From assembly GCA_030637025.1 (NCBI GenBank), contig DAOVVV010000031.1, positions 1 through 28,292 on the forward strand: a DNA stretch of 28,292 nt, given 5' to 3'. Source of the stretch: Clostridia bacterium (GTDB lineage Bacteria; CBDUZB01; JAGLHV01). The translations under genes were made by a program, and so were the position numbers. How positions within the stretch are numbered: position 1 is the first letter of the stretch; every line of letters begins with the position of its first letter. This document shows, in pieces, positions 20,325 to 28,014 of this stretch. The notes under the pieces are model-generated. The model did not search any database. It was not told where the DNA came from and saw nothing but the letters and a program-made list of their open reading frames with translations.

Positions 20325-21645
20325 AAATATTGCCAGAAAATTTGATTATGTGCTTTTTTTTTCTATGGTAATGGTGATTGTTTTAGGAATATTATTTATA
20401 TTTAGCGCTATTCATCGTGGAAAAATAGTTTCCCCTATTTGGACCAAACAATTGATTGCAGTAGGTTTAGGGTTTGGGCTAATGATTATTGCTATGGGGG
20501 TGAATTATCAAATATTCAGGCAATATGGTTATTCTCTTTATTTTTTCTCTTTGATTTTGTTGCTTTTAGTCCTTTTTTTTGGTAAAACTGTGCGGGGAGC
20601 ACAAAGTTGGTTTTCTTTTGGTAATTTTTCTTTTCAACCTTCTGAATTTTCTAAAATTCCTTTTATTTTTGCTTTAGCAATTTATTTAGAAAAAAATCAT
20701 CGTCAGATGTATCGTTTTAAGAGTTTGTTTATTCCTTTTTTAATTGTATTCCTGCCGATACTTTTAATACTGGGGCAACCGGATTTTGGTTCAGCAATGG
20801 TATTAGTTCCCATATGGATGGTAATGCTGTTTATCGGAGGCACAAAATATCTTTACCTTTTATCTTTTCTTCTGTATGGGGTAATTACTTTTGGGATCCC
20901 TTTGTTGATTACCTATCTTTCTTTTCATCAGGATATCTTAATTAATTCGGTAGTTTTAAAATTTATATCAATGGCTACAAGTCATTGGTTGCAGGGAATA
21001 ATATTTATTTTGGTAATACTTGTTATCTTGTCAGTAATTTTTTATCTTTTGATCGATTTGAAATTTGCGATAAATTTTAATAATTTTATGATAACTTCTT
21101 TTCTGGTTATAGGGGGATGCGTTTCTTCTTGTTTGGTGCAGAATTTTTTACTAAAGGGATATCAGAAAAAACGCCTGTTAGCTTTTCTGGACCCCCAGAT
21201 AGATCCATTGGGTTCAGGGTATCATATTATTCAGTCTAAAATTGCTATTGGGTCGGGAGGGTTTTTAGGCAAGGGATTTTTGAACGGCACTCAAACGCAA
21301 TTAGGTTTTTTACCGGAACAGCATACGGATTTTATTGTTTCTGTTGTTGCAGAGGAATGGGGTTTTTTAGGTGCGGGTTTAGTGTTTTTTTTATTTTTTA
21401 TTATTATTTGGCGGGGATTAAAAATAGCTGTAGAAGCAAGAGATAAGTTTGGTAGTTTTCTGGCAGCAGGCATTTCCTGTATGTTTTTATTTTATGCAAT
21501 AATAAATATTGGTATGGTAATGGGAATTATGCCGATAACCGGTTTACCTTTACCCCTGTTTAGTTATGGTGGGTCTGCTTTGGTTTCCGCCATGGTGGCT
21601 ATAGGCTTATTATTAAATATTCATTCAAGAAGGTATACTTATTAA
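20314..21645 (+). CDS. rodA: SEDS peptidoglycan glycosyltransferase RodA
   Basis: GAQSWF...FQPSEF, QPDFGSA, GYHIIQSKIAIGSGG, LPEQHTDFI, PITGLPLPLFSYGGS. Confidence 0.96.
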   Translation: MAFKNIARKFDYVLFFSMVMVIVLGILFIFSAIHRGKIVSPIWTKQLIAVGLGFGLMIIAMGVNYQIFRQYGYSLYFFSLILLLLVLFFGKTVRGAQSWFSFGNFSFQPSEFSKIPFIFALAIYLEKNHRQMYRFKSLFIPFLIVFLPILLILGQPDFGSAMVLVPIWMVMLFIGGTKYLYLLSFLLYGVITFGIPLLITYLSFHQDILINSVVLKFISMATSHWLQGIIFILVILVILSVIFYLLIDLKFAINFNNFMITSFLVIGGCVSSCLVQNFLLKGYQKKRLLAFLDPQIDPLGSGYHIIQSKIAIGSGGFLGKGFLNGTQTQLGFLPEQHTDFIVSVVAEEWGFLGAGLVFFLFFIIIWRGLKIAVEARDKFGSFLAAGISCMFLFYAIINIGMVMGIMPITGLPLPLFSYGGSALVSAMVAIGLLLNIHSRRYTY

Positions 21646-21704
21646 AAAATGAAAGACGGTTGGTTTCTTACATTTGTTTTAAGAAAGGATAGTAAATTTA
21701 AAAG

Positions 21705-21824
21705 CAACTTTGATTCAATGATGCTTAGAGTTTTTTCAGCTCACTGACAAAACTCTGTAGTCGAATTGATATAAACTCCGTCGCAGGGAGTCGAAGGGGC
21801 CCGCAGTTTGCTGTGGGGAAGTTG
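21705..21824 (+). other. Multi-hairpin structured region upstream of the tad genes (cis-regulatory RNA or nested palindromic repeat; unassigned)
   Basis: Stems 21727-21739/21744-21756, 21775-21779/21787-21791 and 21800-21806/21811-21817, with possible closing pair 21705-21710/21819-21824. Confidence 0.5.
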
Positions 21825-21845
21825 ATTATGAAGGAGAAACTTTTT

Positions 21846-24005
21846 ATGCCGGGTAAAGTTATTTCTGTTTTAGATATAGGGAGTCAGATAAATGCTTTAC
21901 TTATAGCTTCGTTATCCATTAGCTTAAAACAAGAAACCAGAAAAAAAGTTGCTTTATTTGATTTCAGTCTTTTCCCGATTAAGGGTAAAATGAAAATTTT
22001 GTTTAATTTTTCCCGGGAAAAGAATTTTATTTCATTACTTCCTTTCATTGACCAGTTAAATGCCCGGATGATGGAGGGATATTTTGATACCCATCCTTCC
22101 GGGATAGATTTATTGAGCGGATGTTTTAATTGGAGTGAGATATCCGGGATAAGGCCGGAGCATTTAATAAAAATAGTAAATCTCCTGTCACAAATATATA
22201 ATTATACTTTAATAAATTTAGATAATGATTTTAATGAAAATTCCCTTGCTTTACTTGATAGTTCTAATTTAATAGTTTTAATAGTTACTCCGGATTATTT
22301 GTCTTTAGAAGGAGCAAAGGGAATTCTTTCTATGCTTTATTCTCTTCACTATGCCCCACAATCAATAAAAATAGTGTTGAACGAAGGAAATACAGAAGAA
22401 GGTATTTCTTCCTCAAAAGTAGAAAATTATTTAAAAAAACAACTATTCTACCGGATTAGTGGTGATAATCATAAAAAAGCTTCATTTAGTACCATAAATA
22501 AGGGCATTACCAATGAGTTTAATTTTAGGCAGATTCCCTTTTATAAATCCGTACAAGGTTTAACATGTAAATTATTAGAAGAAAACATTTTTGTAGCAGA
22601 GGGGTTAGGTAAAGGGCGGTCAACCCATATTGAAAAGAATTTTTCCGATACTAATAGTTTAAAATTAAAAAACAATGAGGATAATGATCAGAATAATATA
22701 AAAAACAAACAATTGATGGATGATAAAATTGACCGGTTGAAATTACTTATTCAAGAGCGGTTGATTAGTGAAATGGATTTAAAAAGATTAAATTTTAAAG
22801 AAGCAGGAAATAATTTAGAAAAAGGCAAAGAAATTAAACAAAAAATTAAAGAAATGGTGGAGAGATTATTAAACGAAGAAGGAGGTTTTGTTACTGATCG
22901 CCAACAACGGGAAAAGATAATATTGGAATTGTTGGATGACATTTTAGGTTTAGGCCCTTTGGAAAAACTTCTGCGGGACCCTGCTGTTTCTGAAATAATG
23001 GTTAATAAGAAAGATGAAGTATATATCGAACAGCAGGGAAAAATTAAATTAACCGGAATTAAGTTATCCAGCAATCGGCAGATTCTTACTATTATTGAAA
23101 GAATAGTTGCTCCTTTGGGAAGACATATAGATGAAAGTTCTCCGTTAGTGGATGCGCGATTAAAAGATGGTTCCCGGGTCAATGCTATTATTCCTCCTTT
23201 GGCTTTAGATGGGCCGGTAGTAACTATTCGTAAATTTATCCAAAAGAAACTTATTCCCGATGATTTAATTGGTTTAGGTTCGATAAGTAAAGAAATGATA
23301 GAATTTATCCGGATTTGTGTTCAACTGAAAAAAAACATTATTATTTCGGGTGGTACCGGGTCGGGGAAGACAACGCTTTTGAATATTATTTCTTCTTTTA
23401 TTCCTCAGGATGAACGAATTATCACTATAGAAGATTCTGCCGAGTTAAAGTTGCCGCAGAAACATGTAGTTAGATTAGAATCCCGTCCACCGAACATTGA
23501 AGGAGAGGGTGAGATTTCTATTCGCAGGTTACTTATTAATTGTTTAAGAATGCGCCCGGATAGAATTATTATTGGTGAATGCAGGGGAGGAGAGGCAATA
23601 GATATGTTACAAGCGATGAATACGGGACATGAAGGGTCATTGACTACTTTACATGCTAATAGTCCCCGGGATTCTTTATCCCGCTTAGAAACAATGGCAT
23701 TAATGTCGGGGATGGAACTTCCTTCACGGGTTATTCGTGACCAAATTGCCAGTACTATTAATATTATTGTTCAGCAAAATCGTTTGGGTGACGGGACAAG
23801 AAAGATAACCTGTATTAGTGAAATAACCGGTTTTAACGGGGATATAATTACAATAACCGATATTTTCAAATTCATTCAGGAAGGAATTAATGACCAGGGA
23901 AAAATAATCGGTAAATTTGAGTTTACGGGAGTAATTCCGTCTTTTATTGCGAAAACAAAATCACATAATGTTTTTTTTGACAGGAATATTTTTCGAAACA
24001 CCTGA
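21846..24005 (+). CDS. tadA: Fusion of a degenerate TadZ/CpaE (MinD/ParA-like) domain and the TadA/CpaF pilus assembly ATPase
   Basis: C-terminal half: LGLGPLEKLL.DP.VSEIMVN, Walker A GGTGSGKTT, TIEDSAEL, LRMRPDRIIIGECRG, MNTGHEGSLTTLHA. N-terminal half: KVISV...KKVALFD...HPSGIDLL...VTPD..SL. ATG 21846 after AAGGAG. Confidence 0.9.
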   Translation: MPGKVISVLDIGSQINALLIASLSISLKQETRKKVALFDFSLFPIKGKMKILFNFSREKNFISLLPFIDQLNARMMEGYFDTHPSGIDLLSGCFNWSEISGIRPEHLIKIVNLLSQIYNYTLINLDNDFNENSLALLDSSNLIVLIVTPDYLSLEGAKGILSMLYSLHYAPQSIKIVLNEGNTEEGISSSKVENYLKKQLFYRISGDNHKKASFSTINKGITNEFNFRQIPFYKSVQGLTCKLLEENIFVAEGLGKGRSTHIEKNFSDTNSLKLKNNEDNDQNNIKNKQLMDDKIDRLKLLIQERLISEMDLKRLNFKEAGNNLEKGKEIKQKIKEMVERLLNEEGGFVTDRQQREKIILELLDDILGLGPLEKLLRDPAVSEIMVNKKDEVYIEQQGKIKLTGIKLSSNRQILTIIERIVAPLGRHIDESSPLVDARLKDGSRVNAIIPPLALDGPVVTIRKFIQKKLIPDDLIGLGSISKEMIEFIRICVQLKKNIIISGGTGSGKTTLLNIISSFIPQDERIITIEDSAELKLPQKHVVRLESRPPNIEGEGEISIRRLLINCLRMRPDRIIIGECRGGEAIDMLQAMNTGHEGSLTTLHANSPRDSLSRLETMALMSGMELPSRVIRDQIASTINIIVQQNRLGDGTRKITCISEITGFNGDIITITDIFKFIQEGINDQGKIIGKFEFTGVIPSFIAKTKSHNVFFDRNIFRNT

Positions 24006-24027
24006 AAGATGTTTTTAAATATAAATA

Positions 24028-24195
24028 GATTCCTGCTTTCCAGACTGTGTCATAACTGCTTTTTTCTGTCATCTTCGGGCTTGACCCGGAGATCCAATAA
24101 AATATTATCGTCGGAAAATGGATTCCCGATAAAAGATTTCGGGAATGACAAAGCCAAAAACGGCAATTATGACACAGTCTGTTCGCAGGAATGAC
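24028..24195. repeat. REP-like hairpin (GATTCCTGC-TTTC-GCAGGAATGAC) split by a MITE insertion
   Basis: Left arm ATTCCTGC 24029-24036 and right arm GCAGGAAT 24185-24192 are exact reverse complements flanking the insert. Confidence 0.85.
24041..24181. mobile_element. 141-bp MITE-like non-autonomous element
   Basis: Perfect 15-bp TIRs CAGACTGTGTCATAA (24041-24055) and TTATGACACAGTCTG (24167-24181). TTC duplicated at 24038-24040 and 24182-24184. Internal REP doublet at 24067-24096 and 24119-24150. Confidence 0.85.
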
Positions 24196-24220
24196 CCGCC
24201 TTAAGGACTGGCGGGCAGGC
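24195..24220. repeat. Short palindromic repeat CCCGCC-TTAAGGACT-GGCGGG-CAGGC
   Basis: 6-bp GC stem; the reverse complement matches the element at 3499-3553. Confidence 0.7.
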
Positions 24221-24283
24221 AAAAAAGATAAAAAGCTATTTTGTAAAAGTCTAAATCATAAAATAAAAAGGAGGGTAGTAGAG

Positions 24284-24751
24284 ATGAATTGTTATTGTCA
24301 TCAGGAAGTGAGTAGTGTAGGAGAGTGTGTAGGTTGTGGAAATTTTATTTGTGCCGATTGTAAAGTAGAAATAGAGGGGAGAGTTTATTGCAAAAAATGT
24401 TCGAATGATCTTACTATGGCTCTTAGAAAAAGAAAAGAGCAGACCAATCTTAATATTTCCGAAGAAGAGATTAAAGAAGGAAAGATTTGGGCAATAGCAG
24501 GATATCTGGGAATTCTATGTTTGCTTCCTCTTTTAATAAAGAAAGACAACCAATTTGCACTTTTTCATGGTAAACAGGGTTTGGTGCTTTTTCTTTTTAT
24601 TATCGTTGCCGGATGGATTCCGATCTTTGGATGGTTTATTATTTCACCCCTGGTTTTTATTATGAGTATTATTGGAATAATTAAAGCTTTGATGGGCAAG
24701 TGTTTTGAACTCCCGGTGATAGGAAAAATTGCGGAAAAAATAAAAATGTAA
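24284..24751 (+). CDS. B-box-like Zn-finger fused to a DUF4870 (Tic20/MamF-like) membrane domain
   Basis: MNCYCH...CVGC...IC.DC...YCKKC followed by AIAGYLGILCLLPLL..KDNQFALFHGKQGLVLF...IIGIIKALMG...LPVIG. ATG 24284 after AAGGAGG; 155 aa. Confidence 0.8.
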   Translation: MNCYCHQEVSSVGECVGCGNFICADCKVEIEGRVYCKKCSNDLTMALRKRKEQTNLNISEEEIKEGKIWAIAGYLGILCLLPLLIKKDNQFALFHGKQGLVLFLFIIVAGWIPIFGWFIISPLVFIMSIIGIIKALMGKCFELPVIGKIAEKIKM

Positions 24752-24802
24752 AGGTTAAGATAACAGAAAAAACGAAAGATTAAAAAGGGAAAGGAAGTAG
24801 AA

Positions 24803-25681
24803 GTGGAAATTGTTTTATTTAAAGCGTTAATTTTATCAGCTGTTTTTGCGGGAGTGATTTGGGGTGTTTTTAGAATTGTTTCTTTCTTTGACTCTTTTAG
24901 AAAATCATCAGTTGATAAAAAAAAAGATAAGGAAAAACGCTTATATGGAAAAGAGCGGCTGATAAATATTTTATTGCAAAAACCAAAAGCAAAAGGTGCC
25001 TGGTTAATTGAGCTTTTTAGTTTGGCTTTGGGAATAACTATTGGATATTTATTTTCCGGGAGATTTTTATGGGGTTTTGTTTTAGGGGGAATTAGTTTTT
25101 TTATTCCCTCTCTTTGGGCAAAGAGGGAATTCCGGTTATTTATGGATAAGTTTAACCGGCAGCTTATTGATGGATTGGTATTAATGGCTAATTCTTTGCG
25201 GGCGGGAATGAGTTTTTTCCAGGGAATGGAAATAATGGTTAAGGAAAGTGATTGGCCTCTTTCTGTGTATTTTGGCAGAGTAATTCAGGAAATAAATCTG
25301 GGTATGTCTCCACAGGAAGCATTAAATGGATTGGTAGAACGTATGCCGGATAAAGAATTAAAGATAGTAGTTGCTGCAATTAATATTTCCCGTCAAACAG
25401 GGGGAAACCTGAGTGAAATCATGGATAATCTTGCTTTTACTATGCGTGAAAGGGAAAAAATTCAGGGTAAAATAAATGTACTTACCGCCCAGGGGAAAAT
25501 TTCCGGGTGGGTTGTGGGGATAATTCCCTTTCTTTTAATGTTTATTTTAAACTTAATGTCTCCTGAGATGATGTGGCCTCTTTTTCATACTTTACCCGGA
25601 TATGCAACTATTTTTGTAATTTGCTTTATGGTCGGGATAGCTGCTTTAATTATAAAAAAAATAGTTTCGATTGATATATGA
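24803..25681 (+). CDS. tadB: Tad pilus inner-membrane platform protein TadB (T2SSF family)
   Basis: QLIDGLVLMANSLRAGMS...EINLG...QTGGNLSEIMDNLAFTMRERE...LTAQGKISG. Confidence 0.92.
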   Translation: MEIVLFKALILSAVFAGVIWGVFRIVSFFDSFRKSSVDKKKDKEKRLYGKERLINILLQKPKAKGAWLIELFSLALGITIGYLFSGRFLWGFVLGGISFFIPSLWAKREFRLFMDKFNRQLIDGLVLMANSLRAGMSFFQGMEIMVKESDWPLSVYFGRVIQEINLGMSPQEALNGLVERMPDKELKIVVAAINISRQTGGNLSEIMDNLAFTMREREKIQGKINVLTAQGKISGWVVGIIPFLLMFILNLMSPEMMWPLFHTLPGYATIFVICFMVGIAALIIKKIVSIDI

Positions 25682-25770
25682 TAAAGACGGTTAAAAAATA
25701 CGGTTGGAAAAGTTTTATTGGTTTAAATTTGTTTAAATTAGTTAAAAGATAAAAGACAAAACAATTTTTA

Positions 25771-25800
25771 CCCCTTTGAAAAAGGGGGTTAGGGAGATTT
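25771..25800. repeat. REP-like hairpin CCCCTTT-GAA-AAAGGGG followed by GTTAGGGAGATTT
   Basis: 7-bp stem in an AT-rich intergenic region. Confidence 0.55.
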
Positions 25801-25920
25801 GTGATTATTTGTGACACAGTATTTATGGGTTTGAACGGGGAAAATAAAGGCAAAATATGTTTTTCTCTGGACGCATAATTTTACCCTGCGGGCACGCAAA
25901 AACAAGCTAGTTATTTAAAT

Positions 25921-25977
25921 GTAGGGGCGACCTTTGGTCGCCCGAAAGACTCAAAGGGTGGGCAAGCCCACTCCTAC
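25921..25977. repeat. GTAG-type REP doublet (REPIN-like)
   Basis: GTAG-GGGCGACC-TTT-GGTCGCCC (25921-25943) and an inverted partner GGGTGGGC-AA-GCCCACTC-CTAC (25956-25977). Confidence 0.85.
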
Positions 25978-26000
25978 GCGAAAAAAAGGATAAGCAAAAA

Positions 26001-26849
26001 ATGTATTGGTTAATATTGGTTTTTCTTTTTAGTTCGGTGTTTTTATTAGTGATGGGTTTTTTTTCGATAAGAGAAAAAATATTTTTCAATCCGACATTAA
26101 CCGGGTTAACCGGTTCTTTATCCTGGATAATCGGTAAAATACATTGGCCGTTTTTTGAAAATTTGCGGGATAAAATAAAAAGACAATTGTTTATGGCCGG
26201 TCTTCCCAATGAATATCCGGATTATGTTATTGCCGGGTATTGTTTAAATGGTTTAGTGTTTTCTTTTTTAGGAGGAGTGCTTTCTCTGATTTTTTTTAAT
26301 TTGGTAAAAGGATATATTTTAGCCGGTTTTTTTATTTTAGGATTTGTTTTAGCCGCTTATAAGATTAAAGAAAAAATAAAGAAAAGGCATTGTAATATTT
26401 TGCGTGCCCTGCCGGATGTTTTGGATATTTTAACAGTTGCGGTGGAAGCAGGGCTGGATTTTAATGCGGCATTAATTAAATTAATTGAATTAGAAGATGA
26501 AAAAAATCCTTTAGTAAAAGAGATTTTTCAAATGCAGCAGGAGATTTATGTAGGGAACAGCCGCATAGAAGCTTTACGCAATATGGCAAGAAGGGTAGAT
26601 GAGCCGGGGTTATCTGCGGTTTGTGCTTCTTTGATACAAGCAATTAAAATGGGAACAAGTCTTGGTCCTATTTTACGTCTTCAATCGGAACAAATTAGAG
26701 TTCAACGTTTTCAGAGAGCAGAAAAATTGGCTGGTGAAGCTCCTGTAAAAATGCTTTTTCCTTTGATTTTTCTGATTTTACCAACGATCTTTCTTGTTTT
26801 ATTTGTTCCGTTAATTTTGACTTATATAACCAGTGGTGTGGAATTTTAG
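26001..26849 (+). CDS. tadC: Tad pilus inner-membrane platform protein TadC (T2SSF family)
   Basis: LPDVLDILTVAVEAGLDFNAAL...SRIEALRNMA.R...LIQA..MGTS...RFQRAEKLAGEAPVKMLFPL. Confidence 0.92.
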   Translation: MYWLILVFLFSSVFLLVMGFFSIREKIFFNPTLTGLTGSLSWIIGKIHWPFFENLRDKIKRQLFMAGLPNEYPDYVIAGYCLNGLVFSFLGGVLSLIFFNLVKGYILAGFFILGFVLAAYKIKEKIKKRHCNILRALPDVLDILTVAVEAGLDFNAALIKLIELEDEKNPLVKEIFQMQQEIYVGNSRIEALRNMARRVDEPGLSAVCASLIQAIKMGTSLGPILRLQSEQIRVQRFQRAEKLAGEAPVKMLFPLIFLILPTIFLVLFVPLILTYITSGVEF

Positions 26850-26916
26850 TTTTGCCTTTATTTTTAATAAATAATATGGAGAAATAGGATTAAGGCAATA
26901 GTTCTAAAAGTCGAGC

Positions 26917-28014
26917 TCATTGTGATGATAAGGGGTAGAATAAGATGATGCCGCCTAAATGATTGTTTTTCTGATCTTTAATCATAGTAATTTTTATGTT
27001 ATGTTTTGTTTTTTCTGTTGGAAAATATTCTTCAACTGTTTGGTTAGGGTTATTTAAAGCTTTTTTTATTATGTTTAGAATTTTTGGATTTTTAAATATA
27101 TCTAAAATATGGCAATTTAAAATATCATTCTTTTTTAAATTTAAAATTTTGCACGCAGAATTGTTTATAAAAATAATTTTATTGTTTGAATCCAGTAATA
27201 AATTTCCTTCGTTTAGTGTTTGTCCTATATTTTTTAGAAGTATATTCATGCATTCTTTGGAAGATAGTGATTGGTTTTGGAAAAAAAGTTGTTCGCTTTT
27301 GAAGTGTTTAAATATGTTATTAATTTTTTGTTTAAGACTGTTAAATCCTCCGAATTCTTTTTGTATGGGAGAGGATGATTGAGGAAGAGGAAAGGATTCA
27401 ATAACTGAGTTTAAATTTTTTAAAGGGGCAGTGAGCGTGAACTTTAGTATTGTCAGGAGCCATAAACCGATAAGCAATAAAGAGATAAAAATAGTCAGAT
27501 AAATAGTATTTTTTATGGTTGTTAATTTTTGAGTAATAGGCAAACTGCTTGTTTTTATTTGTAGTATTCCAATAGTTTTGTCCTTTTTTTTAAGGGGAAA
27601 AACAATATAAATATTTTTTTTATTTTTGTAAATTAAAGGTTTTTTTGATTTTAAAGCTTGTTTTATTTCTAAACCCCGGTACATTTTCCCCCATCGATTT
27701 AGCTGGCTATGTGCAAGTATTTTACCTTCGGGATTTAAAATCATAGCATAAGCGACATTTGTGTTTTCAGTGATTTGGTTTATATATTGTAAAAGATTTA
27801 GGTCGTTTTTGTCTTCAAGTGCTTTTTCACAGGCAGGAATGATTTTTTTACCTAAGGAAATAATTTGTTCGGTTAGTTCTTCAACAAAGATAAGTTTTTG
27901 CTGGTAAAGGGAAGAAGCAGATAATAAAAACAAAATTATTCCAATCACAAAAAGAGTAGGAAAGATAATTTGTAAAATGATATTTGATTTAAACTTATTA
28001 ATTAATTTATTCAT
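26917..28014 (-). CDS. Membrane sensor-like protein (TM, Cache-like, TM, HAMP-like, PAS) with no output domain
   Basis: TM1 IIFPTLFVIGIILFLL; YAMILNPEGKILAHS...IVFPL...IGILQI; TM2; APLKNL; PAS LNEGNLLLDSNNKIIFINNSACKIL...GGIILF. ATG 28014 preferred because the longer start overlaps the promoter. Confidence 0.78.
   Translation of the reverse strand: MNKLINKFKSNIILQIIFPTLFVIGIILFLLSASSLYQQKLIFVEELTEQIISLGKKIIPACEKALEDKNDLNLLQYINQITENTNVAYAMILNPEGKILAHSQLNRWGKMYRGLEIKQALKSKKPLIYKNKKNIYIVFPLKKKDKTIGILQIKTSSLPITQKLTTIKNTIYLTIFISLLLIGLWLLTILKFTLTAPLKNLNSVIESFPLPQSSSPIQKEFGGFNSLKQKINNIFKHFKSEQLFFQNQSLSSKECMNILLKNIGQTLNEGNLLLDSNNKIIFINNSACKILNLKKNDILNCHILDIFKNPKILNIIKKALNNPNQTVEEYFPTEKTKHNIKITMIKDQKNNHLGGIILFYPLSSQ

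Noticed and set aside
21664-21686. TTTCTTA/TAAGAAA hairpin after rodA as a terminator
   Set aside because: The stem is AT-rich and weak, with no U-tract.
21740-21825. c-di-GMP-I/II, c-di-AMP riboswitch or 6S RNA
   Set aside because: I could not find the GNRA-loop/receptor or other consensus nucleotides, and it is too short and branched for 6S. Left unassigned.
1386-23182. Numerous minus-strand ORFs within ribosomal, mre and tad genes
   Set aside because: They overlap well-supported + strand genes and have no recognisable motifs.
23944-24222. ORFs 23944..24222(-) and 24009..24194(+), and the 31-aa N-terminal extension of 24191..24751
   Set aside because: They are translations of the MITE/REP cluster. 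The real gene has a strong SD before ATG 24284.
21652-25692. AAAGACGGTT shortly after both the rodA and tadB stop codons
   Set aside because: A 10-bp match with no associated structure; could be chance.
25678-25752. 24-aa ORF (MIKTVKKYGWKSFIGLNLFKLVKR) overlapping the tadB stop as a possible Flp pilin
   Set aside because: It lacks the G|xxxxEY motif and a long hydrophobic helix, and is too short.
26996-27382. 128-aa + strand ORF
   Set aside because: Antisense to the sensor gene, Phe-rich shadow composition.
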